DNA of 64,000 nt from a virus: IMG/VR virus record IMGVR_UViG_3300034520_000378; one strand, 5' to 3'. Both the position numbers and the translations under genes were made by a program. The notes under the pieces were generated by a model, which did not search any database, was not told where the DNA came from, and saw only the letters and a program-made list of their open reading frames with translations. Shown one piece after another: positions 18,331 through 28,133 of this stretch. The stretch's first letter is position 1, and each line of letters opens with the position of its first letter.

Positions 18331-18465
18331 ATGGCAACTATTGAGTTCAAGTACCTATCCGTCCAGGTTCCGGACGATAAGGTACAGGAGTTCCTTGCTC
18401 AACTGGAAAGCGTGCTTGAGAAGTATGCAGAGGACTTCGCGTTTAAGTTCAGCGTTAACGAATAG
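18331..18465 (+). CDS. 44-aa small protein (below the ORF-track cutoff)
   Basis: AAAGGAGG RBS; MATIEFKYLSVQVPDDKVQEF... Confidence 0.55.
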   Translation: MATIEFKYLSVQVPDDKVQEFLAQLESVLEKYAEDFAFKFSVNE

Positions 18466-18468
18466 GAG

Positions 18469-18834
18469 GTGTTTTGTGTGCTACACACAACCAGAAAGTG
18501 GTGCGTTGTGGACATTGATGATGCCGATAAGCTTGCCGAACTGCTGACCGAATATACACATACTCTCTGCTCCGGCTTCAGGTACAAAGGATACCTGTTC
18601 CTCAACGACTCTACCAGCGAGAACGGTGCCCAGGAGTACGCAGTTGTCAAGGAAGATACCAAACAGCAAGTGGAATCGATCACCTTTTCGTGGTGTACGC
18701 TGGACGAAGCCAAGACGTATATCCAGCGCATAGCAGCCGGCGAGTTTGATGATCAAGCGTGGGATCTGGGCTATGACATAAGCCGGTACATTGAAACGCC
18801 TGATGAACACGGTGTCTGTCCGTTTTGTGCATGA
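18469..18834 (+). CDS. hypothetical protein
   Basis: FLNDSTSENGAQEYAVVK...ESITFSW; CPFC at C-terminus. Confidence 0.65.
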   Translation: MFCVLHTTRKWCVVDIDDADKLAELLTEYTHTLCSGFRYKGYLFLNDSTSENGAQEYAVVKEDTKQQVESITFSWCTLDEAKTYIQRIAAGEFDDQAWDLGYDISRYIETPDEHGVCPFCA

Positions 18835-18844
18835 GGAGGTGTAA

Positions 18845-19555
18845 GTGTTGCGTATCATCGATCCATGTGTATACGTTCAACCGTTTGATCCGGACAGGCT
18901 GCTGCGCAGTATAGAGCTCGCCGGGCGCGTGTGCTACAAGAGCGAGGACAGAATAACAGCCGACAGTGCAGAGCAGTTTGTGCGTAAGCTTATAAGCCGC
19001 GGCCACGAATCGGTACTTGAGCACGAGAAGATCACCGTCAAGTTTGTCACCGACCGCGCCACAGCCAATCAGATTGTACGACACAGGCTCTGCAGCTACT
19101 CACAGGAAAGCACGCGCTACTGCAACTATGCATCGGAGAAGTTTGGCCAGGAGATCACCGTTATCCGCCCCGTCATCGTTGATACCGACCACCGTATCTA
19201 CCAGGTCTGGCGCGCTGCATGCCAGCAGGCCGAGACAGCATACTTCCAGCTGCTCTCACTACCTGGTGTGCAGCCCGAGGATGCGCGCTTTGTGCTTCCC
19301 CACTCACTCAAGACTGAGCTGTTTATGACAGCCAACATCCGCGAGTGGCGCCACGTGTTGCGCCTGCGTGCCGCCTGCAGCGCGCATCCGGAGATGCGCC
19401 GGCTCATGATACCTTTGCTCCTCTACTTCCGCCAGGTCCTCAGGCCACTGTTTGAAGATATACCATGGGACTACGATTTTCCCTCCGCCTGGTGTGTCAA
19501 GGTTTTGTCGCTGGATGACGATACTATTCTATATGAGCCCATCACACTTTCCTGA
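18845..19555 (+). CDS. thyX: flavin-dependent thymidylate synthase
   Basis: GHESVLEH and RHRxxSxSQESTRY signature; EDARFVLP. Confidence 0.95.
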   Translation: MLRIIDPCVYVQPFDPDRLLRSIELAGRVCYKSEDRITADSAEQFVRKLISRGHESVLEHEKITVKFVTDRATANQIVRHRLCSYSQESTRYCNYASEKFGQEITVIRPVIVDTDHRIYQVWRAACQQAETAYFQLLSLPGVQPEDARFVLPHSLKTELFMTANIREWRHVLRLRAACSAHPEMRRLMIPLLLYFRQVLRPLFEDIPWDYDFPSAWCVKVLSLDDDTILYEPITLS

Positions 19556-19570
19556 GAGGGGTGTTGCGTA

Positions 19571-19765
19571 ATGCTTATTATCGCTGCTCTCTTTCTCCTT
19601 GTCTTCATATTTGGTAACGACGCAGACCGCAAGTATGCGCTCAAGGTGCTGTTCTTCATGCTTATCCTAGGGCTTATAGGCGTGCCACATCCGATCACGG
19701 CAGCTTTGGGTGCAGCGGGCTATGCAATCAAGCACAGCACTAAAAAGGACGTACCTGGAGGGTAA
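19571..19765 (+). CDS. small membrane protein
   Basis: Hydrophobic 64-aa ORF. Confidence 0.5.
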   Translation: MLIIAALFLLVFIFGNDADRKYALKVLFFMLILGLIGVPHPITAALGAAGYAIKHSTKKDVPGG

Positions 19766-19867
19766 AAACAGTTAAAGATAACTATGCAGTGCAGTGCAAT
19801 TTTAACCAGGTTGCACTAGATGTTATTGAAAGTGCAGAAAATATCTATTAAGCGAGTGAACGAAAGT

Positions 19868-21199
19868 ATGATAACGATTAAAGCAAGGATATATCCAGAT
19901 GGAGAAAATAGAATACTGCTGGATGATTTAATGCAGAAATGGAATTCCTGCAAGAGATATGCTTACAATCGTTTACTTGAAGGAAAAACACGGAAAGAGC
20001 TTAAGAAAGAGCTACAGAGCTTGTTCGAACTTAATTCTAGATATGTTGACGATGCCATTCTTGAAGCCAGCGAAATTCTACAGAGTGCTAAAGAACTTGG
20101 ACAAAATCCCAGAAAGGTCATCTTCGGTGGAAGAGACTTGTTTAACAAGCTAAAAAGCAAGCATTTGAGCACCAAGCAACTTAAAAAGTACAGGCAGGAA
20201 TGGGAAGATAAACGTAAAGGCTCTCTCTTTTCTAGAGGTGATAGCACAAAACAAGGCAATTTAAACTTAAGAGTTATTAAGCAGAATGGTCAATACTTTG
20301 TAAGAGTAAATACAGGCAATAGAAAATGGTTATTTATCCAACTCAAAAGTTCTCACAAGAAATGGGAAAAGTTTGAAGCTGTAATGCTAAACTCTCAACC
20401 TTACAGTGTTCGTATTCAGAGGAAAAACAATAAGTATTATGCTTACATTTCCTTTGAAGAAGACATACCGAACACAGTAATAGATTTTACCAATGGAGCC
20501 ATAGGGATAGATTTAAATGCATTTCCCTCTCATATAGCATGGGCTGAAACAAAAGCAAACGGTAATTTAGCAAGCTATGGAGAAATACCAACGCCGCATC
20601 TATGGGATGGAAGAAGAGAAAAGAGAGACTACTTTGGTTGGGTATATGCTCACGAGGTTATAAAACTGGCTCGTGAAAAGAATAAAGGCATTGTGATAGA
20701 AGATTTATCAATAAAAAACAAAGGCTATAGAGGGGATTACAAAGGTAGAAAGTCCAGAAGGATAAAGCATAATTTTAGTTACAGGAAGCTCATTATGAGG
20801 ATAAAAGCACTCGCCAAGAGGTATGGTATAGCAGTAAAAGAAGTAAATCCATGCTATACAAGCGTAATAGGGATGCTGAAATATGCACCTCAGTTTAATC
20901 TAACAAAAGATGTAGCAGCAGCTTATGTGATAGCCAGAAAGGGATTGGCTTTAAGGGAGAGAGTTCCTTTAAAGTATAGAGAGATTTTAGGAAGCCTGCA
21001 AAGCGAGCCATGGTCGGTATCCTTGTCAACCGCTGGAAGGAACGAGGGTACTGCGGCAAAGGCGAAGACCTTGCTGTACAAACCGTGGCGAGTTTTGCGG
21101 GTAGCCCTCCTGACGGGAGCTCTCCTTGACAGGGAACTGTATAGGGACCTGTCACCGCTAAAGAGAGTACTCTTTAGTGGTTTGGGAGATGGCGGGTGA
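19868..21199 (+). CDS. tnpB: TnpB-related RNA-guided endonuclease
   Basis: KRYAYNRL; RuvC motifs GIDLN, VIEDL, VNPCYTS, KDVAAAYVIA. Confidence 0.85.
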   Translation: MITIKARIYPDGENRILLDDLMQKWNSCKRYAYNRLLEGKTRKELKKELQSLFELNSRYVDDAILEASEILQSAKELGQNPRKVIFGGRDLFNKLKSKHLSTKQLKKYRQEWEDKRKGSLFSRGDSTKQGNLNLRVIKQNGQYFVRVNTGNRKWLFIQLKSSHKKWEKFEAVMLNSQPYSVRIQRKNNKYYAYISFEEDIPNTVIDFTNGAIGIDLNAFPSHIAWAETKANGNLASYGEIPTPHLWDGRREKRDYFGWVYAHEVIKLAREKNKGIVIEDLSIKNKGYRGDYKGRKSRRIKHNFSYRKLIMRIKALAKRYGIAVKEVNPCYTSVIGMLKYAPQFNLTKDVAAAYVIARKGLALRERVPLKYREILGSLQSEPWSVSLSTAGRNEGTAAKAKTLLYKPWRVLRVALLTGALLDRELYRDLSPLKRVLFSGLGDGG

Positions 21200-21347
21200 G
21201 AAACCTGCGGCAAGTTCCATATCCTGGTGATGGGACTATGAGAGTGCCTAAAAACCGCCTGCTGGGAGTAGGTACTCTCTGAAAGGGCGGACTACAAATA
21301 GCCCAGCTCTCAAACTCGTGCATTTTTGCACAGTTTGGGATACCAGG
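21200..21347 (+). ncRNA. putative omegaRNA/reRNA scaffold (5' end probably lies within tnpB)
   Basis: Structured non-coding right end downstream of tnpB. Confidence 0.5.
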
Positions 21348-21354
21348 TGATGTG

Positions 21355-21870
21355 ATGTCAAGACAGGTTATATGTGAAAGGTGCGGCGCAGAGGTTGACG
21401 TACGCGGGCTGGCAAGTCATCGGCGGAGCTATGCATGTAAGGTAGGATACACACAAAAGAAGTATGCTGCTAAGGGCTACGTTGTGTTCCGCGGTCTCCG
21501 CTCCAATTCAGCATACTATATCGATGGGCTCTTCAAAAACGACATCGTAGGGTATTACAGACGCGGATGGTACAACTTTTACAGATACGGCTACTACGGT
21601 CCGAGCTGGCTGCATCCCGTCTGGGAGCTGGCCACGATCGTACACACAATCGACCGTGGAAAAGCCCTCGAAATGTACCGCGAAGCAATCAATCTCGGGC
21701 GTCCCGGTCCTATGTTCGAACAGCTGAACCACGAACGTGATTTTATCCTAAGACTGGCTTATTCGGATCTAAAACCGCGCTACAAGAAGCATATTCTCGC
21801 AATGCTCCTCGAAGGTGACCAGGTTACCGCCAAGGCTACATTCGAACTATTGTCTGCTTCTTCCCCTTGA
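21355..21870 (+). CDS. hypothetical protein with an N-terminal Zn finger
   Basis: CERC...H...C. Confidence 0.6.
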   Translation: MSRQVICERCGAEVDVRGLASHRRSYACKVGYTQKKYAAKGYVVFRGLRSNSAYYIDGLFKNDIVGYYRRGWYNFYRYGYYGPSWLHPVWELATIVHTIDRGKALEMYREAINLGRPGPMFEQLNHERDFILRLAYSDLKPRYKKHILAMLLEGDQVTAKATFELLSASSP

Positions 21871-21897
21871 CTTTGTGTCTCACATATGATATACAAT
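21867..21897 (+). promoter_or_regulatory. sigmaA-like promoter/operator, near-copy of 7965-7993, pointing antisense into the amidase gene
   Basis: TTGACTttgtgtctcacatatgaTATACAAT. Confidence 0.55.
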
Positions 21898-21909
21898 GTC
21901 TAGAGTCTG

Positions 21910-22590
21910 TTACTTGTTCCCGAGCAGCTCTGCAATCTTCGCCCATGTTAGCGGCCCCACGATACCGTCCGCTACCAGCCCGTACTTCTTCTGGAACGCC
22001 TTAACGGCGGCCTGGGTCTTGGGACCGAATATGCCATCGGCTGCGCCGCAGTTGAACCCTAGACTGTTTAGCATCTCCTGCAGCTTCCTCACGGTTTCGC
22101 CCCGTGAACCCACCTTCAGCAGCATTGTCTTTGCCTTCTCTATCCATGTATTCTCAACTGCCTCCTTGACTTTGGCCAGCGGATAGTTCTTGCCCGGGCA
22201 GTTTGTGGCGGCAAGATCCCGGTGCCCCACGATCTTGGCGTTGGGATACTTCTTCTTGAGGTAGCGGACGAGTTCAATCAGGGCTGCACTCTGCTTCTCA
22301 CCCATCTGTTCGACTTCGAAATTGCCTTCGCAGCAGATGCCTATGGATTTGCTGTTGTAGCCCTGGCAGTGGGCGCCCACTGTATTCTCGGGACGCAGGC
22401 TGTACACGGTACCGTCCTTACGGACAAAGTAATGGTATCCAGCACCGGCCCAGCCTCTCTTGAGGTGCCATTCATGTATATCCTCTGGACTGCACACAGA
22501 GGCTGCAGCGTGATGCAAGACGATGTACTGGGTTGACGATCTACGACTTAAGTGATTCCTAAACTTAAGATTGGCATTTATGATTTGCAT
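21910..22590 (-). CDS. N-acetylmuramoyl-L-alanine amidase (Amidase_2 plus PG_binding_1), endolysin-like
   Basis: IVLHH, GYHY, GAHC, SIGIC, GHRD...CPG; DGIFGPKTxAAVKAFQ. Confidence 0.92.
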   Translation of the reverse strand: MQIINANLKFRNHLSRRSSTQYIVLHHAAASVCSPEDIHEWHLKRGWAGAGYHYFVRKDGTVYSLRPENTVGAHCQGYNSKSIGICCEGNFEVEQMGEKQSAALIELVRYLKKKYPNAKIVGHRDLAATNCPGKNYPLAKVKEAVENTWIEKAKTMLLKVGSRGETVRKLQEMLNSLGFNCGAADGIFGPKTQAAVKAFQKKYGLVADGIVGPLTWAKIAELLGNK

Positions 22591-22658
22591 CTTGGCTTCC
22601 CCCTAATGACTTGGTCTTCTATTTCGTATAATACCTAATATCTTGAGGAGGGATAGAT

Positions 22659-23705
22659 ATGATGACAACTGTAGACAAACTCATTGACCTTGATTTACCT
22701 GTTCTGCTCTGGGGGCCGCCCGGGGTCGGTAAATCGTCCATGGTGCGTGCTATTGCCGAACGCCGCGGCTGGAAACTGATTGATATGCGGCTCTCTCAGA
22801 TGTCTCCTGTAGACCTAAGAGGCATCCCGGTTCCGGATCATCAAACAGGCAGGACGAAGTGGTATCCACCTGCTGAGCTGCCACTTGCCGAGCGGGACGG
22901 TGATCAGGGCATCCTGTTCCTTGATGAGCTGTTGCAGGCACCGCGCGATGTCCAGTCCGCTGCGCTGCAGCTGGTTTTGGACAGGCGGCTTGGCGAGTAC
23001 GAGCTTCCCAAAGGCTGGCGGATCATTGCCGCATCAAATCGCGTGTCTGACCAGACCGGCTCGTACCAGATCATTGCTGCACTGGCCAATAGGTTTGTCC
23101 ATATCCCGGTAGGCTGTTCACTTCCGCCGCTGCATCTGGACAGCTCCGAGTCCATTACGCTTGACTTCGATGCTTGGAAGAAGTGGGCGTATGAAAACAA
23201 CGTACATCCGAACGTAATTGGTTTCTTATCTTATCGTCCCGACTTCCTGTGGAAGGCAACCGGACAGGTGGCGTTTGCTACACCGCGTACCTGGGCTGAT
23301 TACGTGTCCAAGATACTCCACCATATTGGTCCGGACTTTACTGCTGTTGCTGGCTGCATTGGCGAGGGCCCCGCCACCGAGTTTACAGCTTTCTGCAACC
23401 TGCAGGACAAGCTGCCGCCGGTGCAGGACATCCTGGACGGCAAGGAGGCTGATGTTCCGAGCGCACCTGACGTGCTGTATGCTCTGTCCTGTGCAATCGT
23501 GTCTGCACTTATCAGGCTCAAGGGTAAATCAACTCTCCAGCGTGCCGTCACGAACGTGATGCGGTACACGCTGCGCCTGCCGTCCGAGTTCCAGGTGCTC
23601 ATACTCAAGGACGCGTTCGGTGCTGGCCTGGCGGCGCACTTCAGCAAGCTTGACGACTTCCGTACCTGGGCTGCTCAAAACCGCAGCATTGTGCTTGCAG
23701 CGTGA
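22659..23705 (+). CDS. MoxR/dynein-related AAA+ ATPase
   Basis: GPPGVGKS, DLRGIP, LFLDE, AASNR, ALANRF, TPRTW. Confidence 0.88.
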   Translation: MMTTVDKLIDLDLPVLLWGPPGVGKSSMVRAIAERRGWKLIDMRLSQMSPVDLRGIPVPDHQTGRTKWYPPAELPLAERDGDQGILFLDELLQAPRDVQSAALQLVLDRRLGEYELPKGWRIIAASNRVSDQTGSYQIIAALANRFVHIPVGCSLPPLHLDSSESITLDFDAWKKWAYENNVHPNVIGFLSYRPDFLWKATGQVAFATPRTWADYVSKILHHIGPDFTAVAGCIGEGPATEFTAFCNLQDKLPPVQDILDGKEADVPSAPDVLYALSCAIVSALIRLKGKSTLQRAVTNVMRYTLRLPSEFQVLILKDAFGAGLAAHFSKLDDFRTWAAQNRSIVLAA

Positions 23706-23780
23706 AAAAGGGTGGGGACTCTCCCGCCCTTTCGTTATCCCTGCACAGAGAAGAATGCGCATATAAGGAGGTGACCGTTT

Positions 23781-24245
23781 GTGCTCGTTATCAATGCCGC
23801 TTTTTGTCCTTCATGTGGCTCCCCACAGCTGAACTATAATGCCACTGCTTATATAGCCGGCTATAATCTGCTTGATGGGCGCATAGTACTTTCATATGAC
23901 ATATCGTACGTGCCAGTGTCATGCAGCGGCTGCGGCGCTGTCTTCTCACAGCCGTATGAAGGACGCATTGTCCTGCTGCCAGACGCCCCGAACAGGGTGC
24001 ATGCTTTTGTCATTGACGACATCTTTTCGCCGTCCATGTGCGAGGTGTATGAGCTGGTATGCACACGGACAGGCGGGAATGTTGCGGTCTTCCACAACCC
24101 AAAACGCCTGGCCAGGCTGGATATGAACGAGATAGTTGACCAGCTGTACTCTGCCCTGACTGCTGCGCAGGACGATGTAGCGCTTTCTGCTTATGAAACC
24201 CTGATTTCAATGGCTACGGGATATGTGATTCCATCTAAAGGTTGA
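23781..24245 (+). CDS. Zn-ribbon protein, distant member of paralog family A
   Basis: MLVINAAFCPSCGSP...CSGC. Confidence 0.6.
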   Translation: MLVINAAFCPSCGSPQLNYNATAYIAGYNLLDGRIVLSYDISYVPVSCSGCGAVFSQPYEGRIVLLPDAPNRVHAFVIDDIFSPSMCEVYELVCTRTGGNVAVFHNPKRLARLDMNEIVDQLYSALTAAQDDVALSAYETLISMATGYVIPSKG

Positions 24246-24663
24246 ACCATTACGAAAGGAGGGGTGTAGGGGTGTTCTGGAATACATTTGACCGGGTAGT
24301 TGGTCGTCTACTTGTCAAGTGTCTCGTGCTGTTCTATTGTCTTCTACCGCTGCCAAGGAGGCGGCTGCCATGACAGCGCTGCTCAGGCTCCTTATGCTGT
24401 TTGGCAGGCGCTTTGCATACCGCCTGCCCTATACGCTGGCCAGGGCCATATCATATGCTATTGTCGACGCACTTGTGATGGCGGCAGGCAGCCGGGCACT
24501 CAACCGTTATGCATCACCATCGCACTCACGGCCTGGGCGCCTGCGCAAGAAGAGGGGCTCCAAGTGAGCCTCTCTTCCATTCTCTTTGTGTCTCAATATG
24601 TTTACATTGCCCTTCAGTTATGGTACAATAGAAGAGTGACCAACGCATAAGGAGGGGACAGTA

Positions 24664-25683
24664 ATGTCTGATGACAAGAGGCAAGCTCTGCTGAAGGTCG
24701 TCGAACAGATTAACAAGAAGTTCGGCGACAATACCGTAGTGGTGCTGGGCGAAAGTGCAGACAGACTCAAGGTGGAGGTGATACCGACTCAAAGCCTGCT
24801 GCTCAACTATGCGCTCGGCATAGGCGGCCTTCCCAAAGGCAGGATCACCGAGATATACGGTCCTGCACACAGCGGTAAGACCGGTATATGCCTTGGTGCC
24901 GTAGCCGAGTGTCAGCGGCTCGGCGGTACCGCCGCGTGGATCGACGCTGAAAATGCCATGGATCCCGACTATGCGCGCCTGCTCGGTGTTGACCTGAACG
25001 GTATGTTCTACTGCCAGCCGCCCAATGGTGAAGAAGCAATCAATATAGCTGAGGCGCTCATCAATTCCGGTGGCCTGGACCTGCTGGTTATTGATTCAGT
25101 TGCTGCTTTAGTACCCAGTGCCGAGGTAGAGGCAGAAATGGAGCAGAACCTCATTGGTACACATGCCAGGCTGATGTCCAAGGCCCTGCGGAAGCTGGTC
25201 GGCACGGTGGCCAGAAACAACACTGCGCTGGTGTTTATCAATCAAACCAGGGAGAAAGTCGGTGTGATGTACGGTTCACCTGAAATAACGACCGGCGGGA
25301 ACGCCCTTAAGTTTTATGCCTCTGTCCGAATCGAAGTACGACGAGGTGAGGAGTTCAAGAAAAAGGACGAGGTTATAGGTCACACACTGCGGTGCCGGAT
25401 AGTCAAAAATAGGCTTGCCATGCCGTTCAAGAGATGCGAGTTCCCTGTCTATTACGGCAAGGGCGTGGATACCAACTATGAGCTGCTTGAGCTTGGTGTA
25501 CACCTTGGGATTATTAAACGTACAGGCTCATGGTTTGCTGTTGAGATAAATGGTGAGCAGCATAAGGTGAACAGCAAGGACGCCTTTGTTGCCTATCTCA
25601 ACGAACATCCCGAGGTTCGTGATTTCATCAAAGGACGAATCTTTAGCTCATTCAGCGGCGTGCCGGTGGGTGCTGCTACCTAA
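24664..25683 (+). CDS. recA: recombinase A
   Basis: GGLPKGRITEIYG...SGKT, IDSVAAL, ARLMSKALRK, TTGGNALKFYAS. Confidence 0.97.
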   Translation: MSDDKRQALLKVVEQINKKFGDNTVVVLGESADRLKVEVIPTQSLLLNYALGIGGLPKGRITEIYGPAHSGKTGICLGAVAECQRLGGTAAWIDAENAMDPDYARLLGVDLNGMFYCQPPNGEEAINIAEALINSGGLDLLVIDSVAALVPSAEVEAEMEQNLIGTHARLMSKALRKLVGTVARNNTALVFINQTREKVGVMYGSPEITTGGNALKFYASVRIEVRRGEEFKKKDEVIGHTLRCRIVKNRLAMPFKRCEFPVYYGKGVDTNYELLELGVHLGIIKRTGSWFAVEINGEQHKVNSKDAFVAYLNEHPEVRDFIKGRIFSSFSGVPVGAAT

Positions 25684-25725
25684 TCCCGCCGGTGTCGCTA
25701 ATTCTATGTCCAGGGAGGGATTGTA

Positions 25726-26589
25726 ATGTTCAAGAAAGCACAGAAGTCGCAAAGCAAGGCGCGCATAGCCATCATTGGCCCCAGCGGCAGTGGTAAGACC
25801 TATACTGCACTTGCCATTGCCTCGGCACTGGGGAAGCGGATCGCGGTGATTGATACCGAGAACGGCTCTGCGTCGAAGTATGCTGACATCTTCGATTTCG
25901 ATACTGCTAATCTCACGTCGTATCATCCGGACAACTACATCAGGATGATACGCGAGGCCGAGAGTGAAGGCTATGACGTGCTGATAATTGACAGCTTGAG
26001 CCATGCCTGGTCCGGTCCGGAAGGCGTCCTGGAGCTGGTGGACAAGGCGGCTGTCAAGTACAAGGACAACAGGTTCAGCGCCTGGCGTGATGCTTCACCA
26101 GTCCACAACCGGCTTGTGCATACCATTGTGACTGCGAACATGCACATTATAGCTACTCTGCGCTCCAAGACCGAATGGCTTGTGTCCACTGATGAGCGCG
26201 GGAGGATGATACCGCAGAAGGTTGGCCTGGCGCCCGTCCAGCGTGAAGGTATCGAGTACGAGTTTGACATCGTCATGGAGATGGATATTGACCATAACCT
26301 GCGTGTCATCAAGACAAGGTGCATGGCGTTGGACAACTACGTGGTTAACAAGCCGGACAGGAGCCTGGGTCTCATCATCAAAAACTGGCTTGACGAAGGC
26401 CTGCCGCCAGACCAGGTACCGGCAACGCCGCAGGAACTCAAGAAGATGATGGAGGTAGCGGCACAGGCCGGCATCTCCGTAGACCAGCTGAAGACAATCG
26501 TCTTCCAGAAGACCGGTAAAACGTCGAGCCAGGAGCTCACGTCTGCAGATGTCAGCGCGATTGTGGCGGAGCTCACGAAGGCTTCGTAA
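25726..26589 (+). CDS. AAA_24/Sak4-like ATPase
   Basis: GPSGSGKT, IDTENGS, IIDSLSHAW, EYEFD. Confidence 0.8.
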   Translation: MFKKAQKSQSKARIAIIGPSGSGKTYTALAIASALGKRIAVIDTENGSASKYADIFDFDTANLTSYHPDNYIRMIREAESEGYDVLIIDSLSHAWSGPEGVLELVDKAAVKYKDNRFSAWRDASPVHNRLVHTIVTANMHIIATLRSKTEWLVSTDERGRMIPQKVGLAPVQREGIEYEFDIVMEMDIDHNLRVIKTRCMALDNYVVNKPDRSLGLIIKNWLDEGLPPDQVPATPQELKKMMEVAAQAGISVDQLKTIVFQKTGKTSSQELTSADVSAIVAELTKAS

Positions 26590-26623
26590 GCTCCGCCCTA
26601 ACTTCTGTCGGGGGTGAAAGTGT

Positions 26624-27772
26624 ATGGACATACTCAGTGCTGCGCGCTCAAGACTGCTGCTTAAGCAGCCGTTCTTCGGCACACTGGCACTGTACCTTTA
26701 TCCGGTGAAAAAGCCGGATATACCCACTGCTGCAACGGATGGAATGTATCTGTACTACAACGAGGAGTGGCTGAATGAGATTAACAGTAAGTATGGCCTT
26801 GATACCGCTGCTGCTATCATAGCGCATGAGGTAATGCACTGCGCACTGCTCCACATTACCAGGCGAGCGTCGCGCCAGCCCGCACTGTGGAACATTGCTG
26901 CTGACTACGCCGTCAATGACATTCTTGCTTCCAGTGGTGTGCCGCTCCCTGAGGGTGTGCTGCGCGACAGCAAGTATCACAACATGTCAGCTGAAGAGAT
27001 TTATGCTGACCTTACCAAGAACATGCAGCAGCTGCCGCTTGAGGCACTGCTTGATGCGCTGTTGGATGACCACAGCGTATGGGATCAAGCCGTTTCCCAG
27101 GGTAACGGCGATCCTCAGTCGTCTGGCGCAAAACCGATTCTGGTGCCCGGCCAGCTTGAGTCACAGTGGCAGGCACGTGTGGCGAGCGCCGCTCAGGCGG
27201 CACGGATGCAGGGGCGCCTGCCGGCTGCGCTGGAGCGTTTGGTAGACGATCTGCTTGCACCCAAGATATCGTACAAACAGCTGCTTGCAGACTATATGCA
27301 GAGGATACAGCAGGACTACGCATGGGGGCCGTTCGACAGAAGGCACATACATGCAGGCTCCTATCTCCCCTCTGTTAGTGGTTATGGCATACAGGAAATC
27401 GTAGTGGCAATTGACACCAGTGGTTCGATATCCGATAATGAGCTCGCCCAGTTCCTTGCAGAGGTGCACGGTGTAGCGTCCGTTAACGTGTCACAGCTGC
27501 ACATAGTCTTTTGCGATGCTGACGTACATGACTGGTGCACGATATCCATGTCCGATCCGCTGCCCAAGCTGAAACCGCACGGCGGTGGCGGTACCGATTT
27601 CCGACCTGTATTTGATGAAGTACACCGCCGGAACATTAATCCAGCTGTGCTGCTCTACCTAACCGATGGTTACGGTTCATATCCCGAGATGCCTCAGTAT
27701 CCCGTCATCTGGGTACTAACTGGTAAGGATGCTCAAAAGCCGCCGTGGGGCGCTATTGCATATCTTCACTAA
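26624..27772 (+). CDS. DUF2201-type metallopeptidase-VWA protein (MoxR partner)
   Basis: TAATDG, AHEVMH, WNIAAD, DTSGS, GGGGTDF, YLTDG. Confidence 0.88.
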   Translation: MDILSAARSRLLLKQPFFGTLALYLYPVKKPDIPTAATDGMYLYYNEEWLNEINSKYGLDTAAAIIAHEVMHCALLHITRRASRQPALWNIAADYAVNDILASSGVPLPEGVLRDSKYHNMSAEEIYADLTKNMQQLPLEALLDALLDDHSVWDQAVSQGNGDPQSSGAKPILVPGQLESQWQARVASAAQAARMQGRLPAALERLVDDLLAPKISYKQLLADYMQRIQQDYAWGPFDRRHIHAGSYLPSVSGYGIQEIVVAIDTSGSISDNELAQFLAEVHGVASVNVSQLHIVFCDADVHDWCTISMSDPLPKLKPHGGGGTDFRPVFDEVHRRNINPAVLLYLTDGYGSYPEMPQYPVIWVLTGKDAQKPPWGAIAYLH

Positions 27773-27831
27773 CAGGAGGTGCTTGCTCATGGTACACTAT
27801 GTCCGGTGCTGTGGTCTAAATACTGCTACAT

Positions 27832-28128
27832 ATGCCCGCTCAAGCCGTGCACAAGCTTGCCGGTAGCTCGTACTTCACGCGCTGCCGGCGCTCTGTCGAT
27901 AAGCCCATATTCTTTACGGACCACAGCCTGAAACGTCTTGAAGGAAAGCGGCAGAACGGCATTACACAGGAGGATGTTATTGCTGCTGCACGCTCTATTC
28001 CCGGTACAGTTGTCACACCGACCCGGTTCAAGAACTTCAGGAGCGCCGCCGGGCGATTGTTTGACATCGTGATTTGCGATATGGGCGAAAGAAGAATTAT
28101 TGTCACCATCATTGGAAAGGGAGGTTGA
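27832..28128 (+). CDS. DUF4258/RelE-like small protein (start uncertain)
   Basis: FTDHSLKRL...ITQEDVI...RIIVTII. Confidence 0.4.
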   Translation: MPAQAVHKLAGSSYFTRCRRSVDKPIFFTDHSLKRLEGKRQNGITQEDVIAAARSIPGTVVTPTRFKNFRSAAGRLFDIVICDMGERRIIVTIIGKGG

Positions 28129-28133
28129 TTACT

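Larger units (their letters stand above)
19763..21347 (+). mobile_element. non-autonomous IS607/IS200-605-type element carrying tnpB only
   Basis: AT-rich island; GG at both junctions; terminal hairpins; rejoining the flanks restores a stop and RBS. Confidence 0.7.

Noticed and set aside
19763-21347. IStron or Cas12f CRISPR locus
   Set aside because: No group I core at the left end and no repeat array nearby.
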